Assembly: GCA_016930035.1 (NCBI GenBank)
Contig: JAFGHQ010000096.1
Span: forward strand, 1 to 47,569
Reading direction: 5' to 3'
DNA from: Gammaproteobacteria bacterium
GTDB taxonomy: Bacteria > Pseudomonadota > Gammaproteobacteria > UBA12402
DNA length: 47,569 bases
Below the pieces are notes generated by a model. That model saw only the letters and a program-made list of their open reading frames with translations. It had not been told where the DNA came from and searched no databases. The position numbers were made by a program, and so were the translations under genes. Positions 1 to 9,476 of the stretch are shown here, in pieces. Each line of letters begins with the position of its first letter. The first letter of the stretch is position 1.

Positions 1-86
1 AAACGCGGTTTGACCCCTTTTAGCAATGCTTATAAATACTGGCTTCAGAGACACCACTAAACGTAAAACGGTATTTGACCCCCTTT
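1..86. repeat. TGACCCC-tagged doublet repeat (left window edge)
   Basis: aaacgcggtttgacccc ... aaacgtaaaacggtatttgacccccttt; 59-86 is identical to 47284-47311. Confidence 0.85.
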
Positions 87-161
87 ATTCAGAATCAATT
101 CCTCTTGCGATAAAAACTTCGTTTCGCTTGTTTTATCGAGTGTCATTGAGTTAATAAAATC

Positions 162-1487
162 TCATAAAAGTGCTTGAACTAACCGTGGAATTTCTTTAAT
201 CATATAAAAAGGTACGGATAAAATTTTGCCATCAAACGCCAACGGATTTTTAGCAATACGAATGCCAAATTTTGATTTTTTCTCTTCCAAAAAAATGTGT
301 AATGATTTTAACCATCCTGTTTTTCCTGCTTTTACTTCAATAGGGATAATATCTATACCGAAATTTACTACAAAATCTACTTCAGAAGTACTACCTGCCT
401 TTTCTCGTTCCCAGTAAAAAAGTTTAGAAGGCTGGTAGTTTTTTGCATAAGCTATTAATTCTTGACCAACAAATTGTTCGGCGAGAGCTCCGCGGTTGAT
501 AAGGATAAGTTCTTGATTAAGCAGTAATTCTAAATCTAGACCGAGAGCGCTTTTAATTAAACCAATGTCTAAAAATAGTAATTTGAATTTTTTTTCGTTG
601 ATGGATGCATCAAGCGGAATGCCTGAAGCAGTGGTGCTGTAAACAGGATAAATAAGTCCCGCATCATGTAACGCAGATAAGGCGGGTTTAATATTTCGCG
701 ATGAAATATCGGGATCGATTTTAACATATTTAAAGTGCTGAGCGATGAGCGCGGGTATTTTTTCAAACACGCGACGCAAGAATTGATAATTGACTTTCTT
801 ATCATATTTTCCAAAATCATTTCGATAGGTATTGAATAATGAAGCTTGCAAAATAGCTGTGTGTTGTAAATTTTTATCAATGAGATAATCCTGTATTACG
901 GCAGGCATTCCTCCTAAGATCATGTATTCGCGAACTAAATTTAATAAAAGCTGGTGTATGGCGTGAGACAATTTTTTTTCTAGGGTAGCCTCCTCGATTT
1001 GCTCTAAAAGTTGCTGATTGTTTGAAGCTGTTAAAAATTCCACAAAAGATAGGGGTTTCATATAAAGTGACTGAACTCTGCCAACAGGCATGCGAAAATC
1101 TTGGTCATTGAGCACGAGTTCCAATAAGGAACCTGCACCGATGACATGAAGTGTTGGCATTTGTTCTTTAAAGTAACGCAGTGCTTGTATAGCTTTGGGA
1201 CATTCTTGTATTTCATCGAAAAATAATAGAGTTTTTTCTGGAATAATAGACTCTTTTGTAATGGCTTGGATATTCTGGATGATGTTGGTGGGATTCAGTG
1301 ATTCAAAACATGCTAGAAATAAAGGTTGGAGTTCAAAATTAACAGTAACGGTATGATCAAAATAGGTACGGCCAAATTGCTCGATTGTATAAGTTTTTCC
1401 AACTTGTCTTGCGCCACTGAGGAGTAAAGGCATGTGTTGACTTTGGTTTTTCCAGACAATCAAGTCTTGTTCTATGAACCGTTTCAT
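162..1487 (-). CDS. AAA_14 ATPase with C-terminal DUF4143 (PD-(D/E)xK-like) domain
   Basis: Walker A GARQVGKT, Walker B FFDEIQ, GGMP motif, C-terminal EVDFVV..IPIEVK. Confidence 0.85.
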   Translation of the reverse strand: MKRFIEQDLIVWKNQSQHMPLLLSGARQVGKTYTIEQFGRTYFDHTVTVNFELQPLFLACFESLNPTNIIQNIQAITKESIIPEKTLLFFDEIQECPKAIQALRYFKEQMPTLHVIGAGSLLELVLNDQDFRMPVGRVQSLYMKPLSFVEFLTASNNQQLLEQIEEATLEKKLSHAIHQLLLNLVREYMILGGMPAVIQDYLIDKNLQHTAILQASLFNTYRNDFGKYDKKVNYQFLRRVFEKIPALIAQHFKYVKIDPDISSRNIKPALSALHDAGLIYPVYSTTASGIPLDASINEKKFKLLFLDIGLIKSALGLDLELLLNQELILINRGALAEQFVGQELIAYAKNYQPSKLFYWEREKAGSTSEVDFVVNFGIDIIPIEVKAGKTGWLKSLHIFLEEKKSKFGIRIAKNPLAFDGKILSVPFYMIKEIPRLVQALL

Positions 1488-1561
1488 AAATTACCTATAA
1501 TTTTATGCAAATTGGTATTTTTTTATAGGTAATTTTATACAAAATCGTATTTTTTTCAAGG
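1488..1561. promoter_or_regulatory. Putative operator upstream of the AAA/DUF4143 gene
   Basis: 13-bp inverted repeat (1488-1500 / 1523-1535) overlapping two 32-bp imperfect direct repeats (1498-1529, 1530-1561). Confidence 0.55.
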
Positions 1562-1669
1562 AAATTTTAACAGAGTGTAATCATGATGTAGTAAAGTCAA
1601 TAGTATCTTACAGCATTTTCTGTATTTGTTTTAGTTTTACTATCAGCAATTCTCGTCGAAGCTGTTTTA

Positions 1670-2269
1670 CTATACTTGTTGTTGACAATATTTTTGGTGC
1701 AAAAGATGAACTTGTTTTTCGAGTTGTTCTAAATTGCCGTCATTTAGGATCACGTCGTCGGCTTTTTTGAGACGTTGTTGGCGTGAGGCCTGGGATTTTA
1801 AAATAGACTGGATTTCGGTGTCGGATAGGTGGCCTTGTTGTTTGAGTCGTTGAATTTGGAGTTGTTCGGGTGCATCAACGACCAGGATGCGGTCTGTTTT
1901 AGGTGGAAATTGGGTTTCTAGGAGTAATGGAATAACTAAAATGCAATAAAGGGAATTTGCTTGTTTGGCTCGTTGTTTCATGATTTTTTTGACTTCAGGA
2001 TGAAGCAGTTGTTCGAGCCAAAGTCGCGCCTTTTTGTCTTGAAAGATAATTTTTCTGAGTTTGGCACGGTTGAGTGTTTGATCAGTATTTAAAATTTCCA
2101 CGCCAAATTTTTTGACGATTTTGTTAAAAATGGTCGTGTTTGGCGAACAAAGTTCACGTGTAATATCGTCGGCATCAATAATGGTAATGCCATAATTTTG
2201 AAAAAGTCGCGCGACGGTTGATTTGCCGCTTGCAATCCCGCCCGTAAGCCCGATGATGAATTTTGACAT
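1670..2269 (-). CDS. coaE: Dephospho-CoA kinase
   Basis: IIGLTGGIASGKST, IDADDI, LLHP motifs; canonical position after pilD. Confidence 0.95.
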   Translation of the reverse strand: MSKFIIGLTGGIASGKSTVARLFQNYGITIIDADDITRELCSPNTTIFNKIVKKFGVEILNTDQTLNRAKLRKIIFQDKKARLWLEQLLHPEVKKIMKQRAKQANSLYCILVIPLLLETQFPPKTDRILVVDAPEQLQIQRLKQQGHLSDTEIQSILKSQASRQQRLKKADDVILNDGNLEQLEKQVHLLHQKYCQQQV

Positions 2270-2297
2270 AACGTGAATAATTTTAGGTGAATTTACT

Positions 2298-2369
2298 GTA
2301 CGGACAGGTCGCGGCCTGTCCTTACGATTTTTATATTATTTGTAATGGCCGTAGATCCGCGTCCCTTAC
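2298..2369. repeat. Two GTAG-type REP-like palindromes
   Basis: gtacggacaggtcgcggcctgtccttac (2298-2325) and degenerate gtaatggccgtagatccgcgtcccttac (2342-2369). Confidence 0.75.
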
Positions 2370-2423
2370 GGGATGATTATTTTTTAGGCCCTGCTTTGCA
2401 GCTTAAGCTTTCGCTGCGTTTGG

Positions 2424-3305
2424 TCATATATTTGTCCAGTAAATGCCAAAGAATTGCAGATAGCTTTGCGTGATATCAAAACCCCAGATGATGGCAATAA
2501 ATCCGGCGATAGCGATAAATGGGCCAAATGGAATCGGGGTTTTGCGCGATAGTCCTTTTAATAATAATGCTCCCCCACCAACCACAAGCCCTAGAGCGCT
2601 GCTCGTTAAAATCACAAAAGGTAATATTTGCCAGCCCACCCAGGCGCCGATGGCAGCGAGCAATTTACAATCCCCCGCTCCGATACCTTCTTGGCGCGTG
2701 AGTAATTTGAACAATTTTTCGATAATCCAAAAGAAAGCATAGCCAAAAATCGCGCCAAGAACCGCGTCGTGACAATTTGAAAAAAATCCGAAGCAATTCA
2801 CGAACAAACCGAGCCACAATAAAAATAAAGTTAACAGATCCGGTAATATTTTTTGTTCAAGGTCTATAAAACTGAGTGCAATTAACGTCCAAGTAAGCAA
2901 CAGTACGGAAATCAGTTCCCACGATGGCCCGAATTGGACAGCTATGACAATAGATAATACGCAGCTTAAGAGTTCCACCAAAAAATAACGCACAGGAATG
3001 TTGGCTTTACAATAAGCGCATTTACCGCCAAGAAGCAGATAGCTTAAAAGTGGTATGTTTTCCCAATAATTAAGAGGATGCTTACAGAATGGGCAATGGG
3101 AAGCAGGATAAGCCAAATTGTATTTGGCGGTTTGTTCGGAAGGAAAAATACCTTCTTTAAAGTAATCCTGACAGGCTTGATGCCAGTGCCTATCCATCAT
3201 TTTAGGTAATCGGTGAATGACGACATTTAGAAAACTTCCCACGGCAAGACCAAGCAAGCCAACCAGTATTACGAATACCCAGTTATTAAAAATGATGTAA
3301 AACAT
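2424..3305 (-). CDS. pilD: Prepilin peptidase / N-methyltransferase
   Basis: GSFLNVVIHRLP, CPFC...CAYC zinc motifs, IDLEQKILPD, GAGDCKL, PFGPF. Confidence 0.95.
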   Translation of the reverse strand: MFYIIFNNWVFVILVGLLGLAVGSFLNVVIHRLPKMMDRHWHQACQDYFKEGIFPSEQTAKYNLAYPASHCPFCKHPLNYWENIPLLSYLLLGGKCAYCKANIPVRYFLVELLSCVLSIVIAVQFGPSWELISVLLLTWTLIALSFIDLEQKILPDLLTLFLLWLGLFVNCFGFFSNCHDAVLGAIFGYAFFWIIEKLFKLLTRQEGIGAGDCKLLAAIGAWVGWQILPFVILTSSALGLVVGGGALLLKGLSRKTPIPFGPFIAIAGFIAIIWGFDITQSYLQFFGIYWTNI

Positions 3306-4348
3306 TAGATGACTGTTCCTAGTTTAAATATAGGTAAATACATGCCAATGACTAAGGTTCCAATTATAATCCCTAAAATGACAATAGTGAACGGCTCAAT
3401 CCATTGACTAAAGCTTGAGATTAATTGCGCGAGCTCTTTTTCATACCATGCCGTGCATTTACCTAGCATTTCTGTGAGTGTACCGCTTTCCTCGCCGATC
3501 GCAACCATTTGTATGAACAATTCCGGGAAAAAATCAGTTTGTTCGAGGCTGGTGCGCAGCGAGAGCCCTTGATTAATGCAGGTTTGAATATTTTTGATGT
3601 GTTTTTGCAAAATGAGATTTTCGGAAATTTTCGCGTTCAGATCGAGAGCACTCAGTAGCGGGATTCCAGAATCAAGAGCAAGATTTAAATTTTCAGCAAA
3701 CCGTTCAAAAAACGTTTTCTTAAGAAATGAGGTGTAAAAAGGTATTTTGAGTAAAAAGTCATCATAATAAATGCGAAGATGAGCAGGTGCTTCTTTGACA
3801 CTGATCAAGATTAAAAAAAGCAAAAGAAAAAACAAAATGAAGTAAAGATAATTATCGCGAAATGCGTGGGATAATTGGATGATAAAACGTGTTAACCCAG
3901 GTAATTGGTGGCCAAAATCTTGAAACAAGCGTTCGAATTGCGGAATGACGAAAATGAGTAAAATGGTGGTAACGATGGTGGCAATGAAAAGCGTGGTAAT
4001 GGGATAAAATAATATTTTTTTAAGATTTTTTTTAAACCCGATAATTTTTTCGAATTGTTTAGCAATCCGGGCAAGGACGATTTCTAATTTTCCGCTTTGT
4101 TCTCCAATGTGAATCAATTCACAAGTTGTACGATCAAAACCATCATGTTTTTTGAGAGCCTGCACAAAAGTATGACCATTTTTAATGTCTGAAATGATGA
4201 TTTTTAGAAGAGCGCGAATCGGATTATTTTGAGGCGTGATTGCTGTGATCATTTCAAGCGCTTGCAATAGCGGTATGCCTGATGTCAGCAAATTTGATAA
4301 ATTTTCAAAAAAAGTAGCAATATTCTGATCAGAAATTTTTTGGTTCAT
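3305..4348 (-). CDS. pilC: Type IV pilus inner-membrane platform protein (T2SS F family), short
   Basis: Two T2SSF repeats (SGIPLL..GEQSGKL; SGIPLL..GEESGTL), MYLPIF C-terminus. Confidence 0.9.
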   Translation of the reverse strand: MNQKISDQNIATFFENLSNLLTSGIPLLQALEMITAITPQNNPIRALLKIIISDIKNGHTFVQALKKHDGFDRTTCELIHIGEQSGKLEIVLARIAKQFEKIIGFKKNLKKILFYPITTLFIATIVTTILLIFVIPQFERLFQDFGHQLPGLTRFIIQLSHAFRDNYLYFILFFLLLFLILISVKEAPAHLRIYYDDFLLKIPFYTSFLKKTFFERFAENLNLALDSGIPLLSALDLNAKISENLILQKHIKNIQTCINQGLSLRTSLEQTDFFPELFIQMVAIGEESGTLTEMLGKCTAWYEKELAQLISSFSQWIEPFTIVILGIIIGTLVIGMYLPIFKLGTVI

Positions 4349-4351
4349 GAT

Positions 4352-5500
4352 TCACCCATCCATTACCCGTTTGATTTCTTCTAAACTGGTTTTCCCTTCG
4401 TATACTTTTTGAATGGCATTTTCATAAAGCGTTTTGATGTTTTTTTCGTTAAAGAAATCTTTTAATTTCGCAGGATTTTTATCCAAGATGCACGGGTGCG
4501 CGGATTCGTCTACAGGATAGATTTCGTGAATGGCCATTCGGCCCAAATAACCTTTATGACATTCGCAGCAGCCGTTTGGTTTATAAATCGGCATGTCTGA
4601 AGTGATATGAAATTGTTGCTGCTCAATTTTAGAAGGCCGATAAGCTTTTTTGCATTTTTCGCAAAGTTTTCTTAAAAGTCTTTGTGCCGTCATTAATCGA
4701 AGACTCGCTGTCATGTGATAAGGCGCAATGCCCATATTTTTTAATCGCGTTATGGCTTCCAAAGCACTATTCGTGTGTAAGGTGGATAAAACGAGATGAC
4801 CAGTTTGTGCGGCTTTGATCGCGATTTCTGCAGTTTCTAGATCACGAATTTCGCCGATCATGATGATGTCCGGATCTTGGCGGAGTAAAGCACGCAAGGT
4901 ATGTGAAAAATTTAGGCCGATTTTTGAATGTGCGGGAATTTGGTTCATGCCAGCCAAACAAATTTCGACCGGATCTTCGACCGTTGAAATATTTTTTTCA
5001 CCGGAATTTAAATAATTCAATGCACTATACAAAGTGACCGTTTTCCCACTCCCCGTTGGCCCTGTGACCAAAATTAAACCCTGTGGTTTTGTAATCGCGT
5101 TTAAAAAATGTTTTTTTTGGATTTCATCAAAACCTAAAGAATCGATTCCTCGGATTTTTAATTCATCATCAAGCAAACGTAAAACAGCTTTTTCGCCGAA
5201 TGCGGTAGGGCATACACTGACGCGAATATTTAAAGGTTTATTTTGGGCCATGGGAAATAAGAAATGGCCATCTTGTGGTAAGCGTTTTTCTGCAATATTT
5301 AATTGCGATAAGATTTTAATTCGCGAAATGATTTGTTCAAATAAATCACGTTGAGGTTTTTCTATTTCATGTAAAATTCCGTCGATTCTAAAACGTATTC
5401 GGCAATATGTTTCGTAAATTTCAACATGAATATCCGAGGCTTTTTTAAGCACCGCATTGTTAATCATGTCATCAACATATTGGATAATATTTGAGTTCAT
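4352..5500 (-). CDS. pilB: Type IV pilus assembly ATPase lacking the N-terminal domain
   Basis: ASDIHVE, RFRIDG, GPTGSGKT, LRQDPDIIMIGEIRD, TGHLVLSTLH, tetracysteine motif; ATG at 5500 overlaps the pilA stop. Confidence 0.9.
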   Translation of the reverse strand: MNSNIIQYVDDMINNAVLKKASDIHVEIYETYCRIRFRIDGILHEIEKPQRDLFEQIISRIKILSQLNIAEKRLPQDGHFLFPMAQNKPLNIRVSVCPTAFGEKAVLRLLDDELKIRGIDSLGFDEIQKKHFLNAITKPQGLILVTGPTGSGKTVTLYSALNYLNSGEKNISTVEDPVEICLAGMNQIPAHSKIGLNFSHTLRALLRQDPDIIMIGEIRDLETAEIAIKAAQTGHLVLSTLHTNSALEAITRLKNMGIAPYHMTASLRLMTAQRLLRKLCEKCKKAYRPSKIEQQQFHITSDMPIYKPNGCCECHKGYLGRMAIHEIYPVDESAHPCILDKNPAKLKDFFNEKNIKTLYENAIQKVYEGKTSLEEIKRVMDG

Positions 5501-5901
5501 TCTTTGCAAATCCCGGCTTCTACGCAAGAGCCACTAATACTCCAGTGCGCCCCGTCTTCATCAGGGGTTAATATGTACGTATAACTCCCTGCGATTTTGG
5601 TAGCCGTGGCTGTCACCACACCGTGGTCAACAGCGATACGTTCTAAATTTTTGGTTGATTTAGGTGCTTTGGGTATGCCGTTTTGACCTGTATTTAAATC
5701 TTCCAACGGTGTTCCTTCTTGCAAGCCAAGCGAAACAGCGGTTTTATAAGGAGCTGCAGCCATCATGACTTCGGAAAAACGTGCACGTTCAATATAATGT
5801 TTGTAGGAAGGGATTCCGATCGACACTAAAATTCCGATAATGGCTACAACGATTAAAAGTTCGATCATGGTAAAACCTTGATCAGCATTTATTTGGTTCA
5901 T
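5497..5901 (-). CDS. pilA: Type IVa major pilin
   Basis: Class III signal QG|FTMIELLIVVAIIGIL; C-terminal Cys pair. Confidence 0.9.
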   Translation of the reverse strand: MNQINADQGFTMIELLIVVAIIGILVSIGIPSYKHYIERARFSEVMMAAAPYKTAVSLGLQEGTPLEDLNTGQNGIPKAPKSTKNLERIAVDHGVVTATATKIAGSYTYILTPDEDGAHWSISGSCVEAGICKE

Positions 5902-5929
5902 TTTGTATTCCTCTTATTTTTGTAAAATC

Positions 5930-6143
5930 AAAGATTATAACGCTTTGATTTTTCTGGATCCTGAATCCAATTCAGGATGACACAGCTTCTTTGTCATCCT
6001 AGCTGGGATGCCAGGATCCAGTTGACAGGGATGTTAAATTAAGTACTCCTGGATCCTGAATCCAGTTCAGGATGACGGGACCTGGATTCTGAATCCAGTT
6101 CAGGATGACGGGACCTGGATCTTGAATCAAGTTCAGGATGACG
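5930..6143. repeat. Cluster of CGTC/GTCATCC-type palindromes including three 33-bp tandem units
   Basis: cctggatYYtgaatcMagttcaggatgacg units at 6048, 6081 and 6114; further copies at 5954-5981 and (inverted) 5993-6021. Confidence 0.9.
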
Positions 6144-6326
6144 AATGGGCAGATTCCGACATAGTGTGGGGGGGTGTGAAAAAAGAAAGTTGAGAAAAAA
6201 ATAAGAACGTTGAAGTGCGACTAAAAGATAAATAACTTATAACTAAAATTTTTTGATGAATCAATAGAAAAATGTTGTCGATCAGCAATTTCGGCACTAA
6301 ATTTTATTTAGTGCGAAAATTGTTGG

Positions 6327-8144
6327 TTATCTATTTTCTCGAGCGGCGCGTCTTCGGTTTATTTCTGTCAAAATCTTTTTACGTAGACGAATATGATTGG
6401 GAGTCACTTCAACCAACTCATCTGACTCGATAAAATCTAATGCTTGTTCCAATGAAAATTGGATATGTGGTGTTAACATGATGGCCTCATCGGAACCTGA
6501 GGCACGAACATTGGTGAGTTGTTTCCCTTTTATGACATTTACGACCAGATCATTTTCTCTCGCATGAATGCCGACAATCATGCCCTCATAAACTTCGGTT
6601 TGTGGGCCGATCAGCATTTTTCCTCGTTCTTGCAAATTCCAAAGTGCAAAACCGGTAGCTTTACCCGGCGCATTAGCGATCATCACCCCATTTTGTCGCA
6701 TTTCTACTTTTTCTTCTTGCAAAGGTTCATAATGATCAAAAATAGCGTACATTAACCCGGTTCCCGACGTCATCGTTAAAAATTTGGTATGAAATCCAAT
6801 TAATCCACGCGTAGGAATGAGGTAATCTAACTGAATTCGCCCTTTATGATCAGGACGCATATTCTGCAATTTTCCCTGGCGCAAACCCATCTGTTCCATC
6901 ATGATGCCTTGATGTTTTGTTTCAATATCAATCGTTAAACGTACATGTGGCTCACATTGCTGACCGTTGATCTCTTTAATGATGACTTCGGGTTTGGAAA
7001 CCGCGAGTTCATAACCTTCTCGACGCATATTTTCTATCAGAATAGAGAGGTGTAACATTCCTCTACCTGAGACTCGAAATTTATCAGGATCGCTCGTTTC
7101 TTCAACGCGAAGCGCAACGTTATGGATTAATTCTCGCTCGAGCCTTGCTTTTAAATGGCGGCTTGTTAAAAATTTTCCTTCTTGTCCGGCAAAGGGAGAG
7201 GTGTTAACTTGAAATGTCATGACTACGGTCGGTTCATCGACGATTAAGGGAGGTAAAGCCTCGACATGATCCGGGTGACATAAGGTATCTGATATTTGTA
7301 AATGCTCAATCCCTGTTACAGCAACGATGTCCCCAGCTTGAGCTTCTGGAACAGCAATGCGCTCTAAACCCAAGTGTTTGAAAACCTGCAAGATGCGGCC
7401 GTTTCGCGTTTTACCTTGTCGATCAATCAAAGTAACCAGCATGTTGGGTGTTGCGATACCCCGAGTAATGCGGCCAATTCCAATGGAACCAACATAACTG
7501 GAATAATCCAAGGAACTGATCTGCATTTGAAACGGCGCGTTGATATCAACGTGAGGAGGGGCCACATGTTTTACGATCATTTCAAAGAGCGGGGTCATGT
7601 CAGAGGAAGGTTGGTTTAAATTTAGTGTTGCATAACCTTCGGTCGCTGATGTAAAGATAATTGGAAAGTCGAGTTGTTTTTCTGTTGCGCCCAGATTCAC
7701 AAAAAGATCAAAAACTTGGTCGATAACCCAGTGAGGACGGGCTTCAGGCCGATCAATTTTATTAATGACGACAATGGGATTTAAATTTTGTTCAAAAGCT
7801 TTTTGCGTGACAAAACGAGTTTGCGGCATGGGGCCATCTACGGCGTCAACCAAGAGGAGCACAGAATCAACCATCGATAAAACACGTTCGACTTCGCCAC
7901 CAAAGTCAGCATGACCCGGGGTATCCACAATATTGATATGATAACCATTCCACTCGATCGCCGTGTTTTTAGCGAGAATGGTAATACCGCGCTCACGTTC
8001 CAGGTCGTTAGAATCCATGATTCGTTCGGTGGATTGATTTCTTTGGCTTAAAGTGCCTGATTGTCGCAATAGTTTGTCAACTAATGTGGTTTTACCGTGG
8101 TCAACATGAGCTATAATGGCAATATTACGTAATTTATTTTGCAT
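6327..8144 (-). CDS. typA: Translational GTPase TypA/BipA
   Basis: [39 protein letters not shown]. Confidence 0.97.
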   Translation of the reverse strand: MQNKLRNIAIIAHVDHGKTTLVDKLLRQSGTLSQRNQSTERIMDSNDLERERGITILAKNTAIEWNGYHINIVDTPGHADFGGEVERVLSMVDSVLLLVDAVDGPMPQTRFVTQKAFEQNLNPIVVINKIDRPEARPHWVIDQVFDLFVNLGATEKQLDFPIIFTSATEGYATLNLNQPSSDMTPLFEMIVKHVAPPHVDINAPFQMQISSLDYSSYVGSIGIGRITRGIATPNMLVTLIDRQGKTRNGRILQVFKHLGLERIAVPEAQAGDIVAVTGIEHLQISDTLCHPDHVEALPPLIVDEPTVVMTFQVNTSPFAGQEGKFLTSRHLKARLERELIHNVALRVEETSDPDKFRVSGRGMLHLSILIENMRREGYELAVSKPEVIIKEINGQQCEPHVRLTIDIETKHQGIMMEQMGLRQGKLQNMRPDHKGRIQLDYLIPTRGLIGFHTKFLTMTSGTGLMYAIFDHYEPLQEEKVEMRQNGVMIANAPGKATGFALWNLQERGKMLIGPQTEVYEGMIVGIHARENDLVVNVIKGKQLTNVRASGSDEAIMLTPHIQFSLEQALDFIESDELVEVTPNHIRLRKKILTEINRRRAARENR

Positions 8145-8206
8145 AGAGTAGATAGTGTAGCAGTTTTTTTGTAAATTCCCATTTTAACAAGAAGGAAGAT
8201 TCATGA

Positions 8207-9109
8207 ATGAACGGTATTTTGATTTTAGATAAACCCGTTGGCATGTCATCCAATCAGGCGTTACAGCGCGTCAAAAAAATATTGGGCGTTAAAAAGGCAG
8301 GGCATACCGGCGCTTTGGATGTTTTAGCAAGCGGGCTTTTGCCAATTTGTGTAGGTGAAGCAACTAAATTTAGTCAATTTTTATTAGAAGCAGACAAATA
8401 TTATCGTGTAACAGCTTATTTAGGAAAACGTACGACAACCTGTGATAGCGAAGGAGCGGTTATTGAAACGCGATCCATTTCTGATATAACGGAAGAAAAA
8501 TTAGATCACGTTTTAGCGCAGTTTCGCGGTGAGATTTGGCAAGTACCTTCCATGTTTTCAGCATTAAAGCACAAAGGACAACCTTTGTATAAATTAGCAC
8601 GAAAAGGGATTGAAATTGAACGTGAGCCCCGAAAAGTTACCATCTTTGAACTCAAGAAAATAAAATGGGCAGGACATGAGTTAACTTTGGAAGTTCGATG
8701 TTCTAAAGGAACTTACATTCGAAATTTAATTGATGACATTGGAAAAGCCTTAGGCTGTGGGGCTTATGTCTTGTCATTGAGACGTCTAGAAGCAGGCCCC
8801 TACAAAAGTGACCAAATGATCACGATTGATGCATTATCGATCTCACCAAGCAAGATAGGCGCCAGATACCTTTTACCCATCCCATCCATGTTCCCCCAAA
8901 TACCAACCGTTGTGGTCTCCGCACAAGACGCTCAAGCTCTTCGCCAAGGCCGATGCAACTTTTGGTGTCAGACACCAAAAGTTACATCGAAATTGGTGCA
9001 GCTCGTTGAGGAGTCAGGTCAGTTTTTTGGTATTGGAGAACTTTTTCCCGATGGTATACTTAAACCCAAGCGGTTAACAAGTAGTACTTGTGCAACAAAT
9101 GGTGTCTGA
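8207..9109 (+). CDS. truB: tRNA pseudouridine(55) synthase
   Basis: NGILILDKP, KAGHTGALD, CSKGTYIR. Confidence 0.95.
   Translation: MNGILILDKPVGMSSNQALQRVKKILGVKKAGHTGALDVLASGLLPICVGEATKFSQFLLEADKYYRVTAYLGKRTTTCDSEGAVIETRSISDITEEKLDHVLAQFRGEIWQVPSMFSALKHKGQPLYKLARKGIEIEREPRKVTIFELKKIKWAGHELTLEVRCSKGTYIRNLIDDIGKALGCGAYVLSLRRLEAGPYKSDQMITIDALSISPSKIGARYLLPIPSMFPQIPTVVVSAQDAQALRQGRCNFWCQTPKVTSKLVQLVEESGQFFGIGELFPDGILKPKRLTSSTCATNGV
8952..8988. repeat. 37-bp GGTGTCAGACACC palindrome, in frame inside truB
   Basis: gatgcaacttttggtgtcagacaccaaaagttacatc, read as [13 protein letters not shown]. Confidence 0.9.
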
Positions 9110-9126
9110 CATCATTTATTGCGTCA
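9089..9126. repeat. Degenerate 37-bp palindrome supplying the truB stop
   Basis: tgtgcaacaaatggtgtctgacatcatttattgcgtca; TGA at 9107-9109. Confidence 0.7.
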
Positions 9127-9153
9127 TTTTTTTTAACGAGAATATTAAATATT

Positions 9154-9474
9154 ATGTCGCTGATTATTGAACCTGATGTTGAAGTTTCTATAGCAGAAAT
9201 AGCAGAATCTGAATTAGACGAGAAAAATCATTATGCCGTTTTTTTGTTGTATCATGAAAAAACTCCCATGCTTTTTGTTGTAGAGTTGTTGGAACGTTTT
9301 TTTGATATTTCTCGAGAAACAGCTATTTTAATGACCATGGATATGTATCAATTAAAGCAACCGGTAAAATGTGGTGTTTATTCGCGAATAAAGGCAGAAG
9401 AAAAGAAAAACGCAGTTGAAAAATATGCCAAAGAACATCATCATTTAGTAGAATGTGTCATTAAGCAAGCATAG
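9154..9474 (+). CDS. clpS: ClpS-like adaptor, divergent
   Basis: TPMLFVVELLERFF, CGVYSRIKAEEK; directly upstream of clpA; ATG 9154 preferred because the longer start lies in a repeat. Confidence 0.8.
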   Translation: MSLIIEPDVEVSIAEIAESELDEKNHYAVFLLYHEKTPMLFVVELLERFFDISRETAILMTMDMYQLKQPVKCGVYSRIKAEEKKNAVEKYAKEHHHLVECVIKQA

Positions 9475-9476
9475 GA

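Noticed and set aside
6048-6143. CRISPR array
   Set aside because: The 33-bp units are contiguous with no unique spacers, there are no cas genes, and related units are dispersed elsewhere
8849-8880. Further GTAG-type repeat in truB (IGARYLLP)
   Set aside because: Poor palindrome, and the LLP motif is native to TruB
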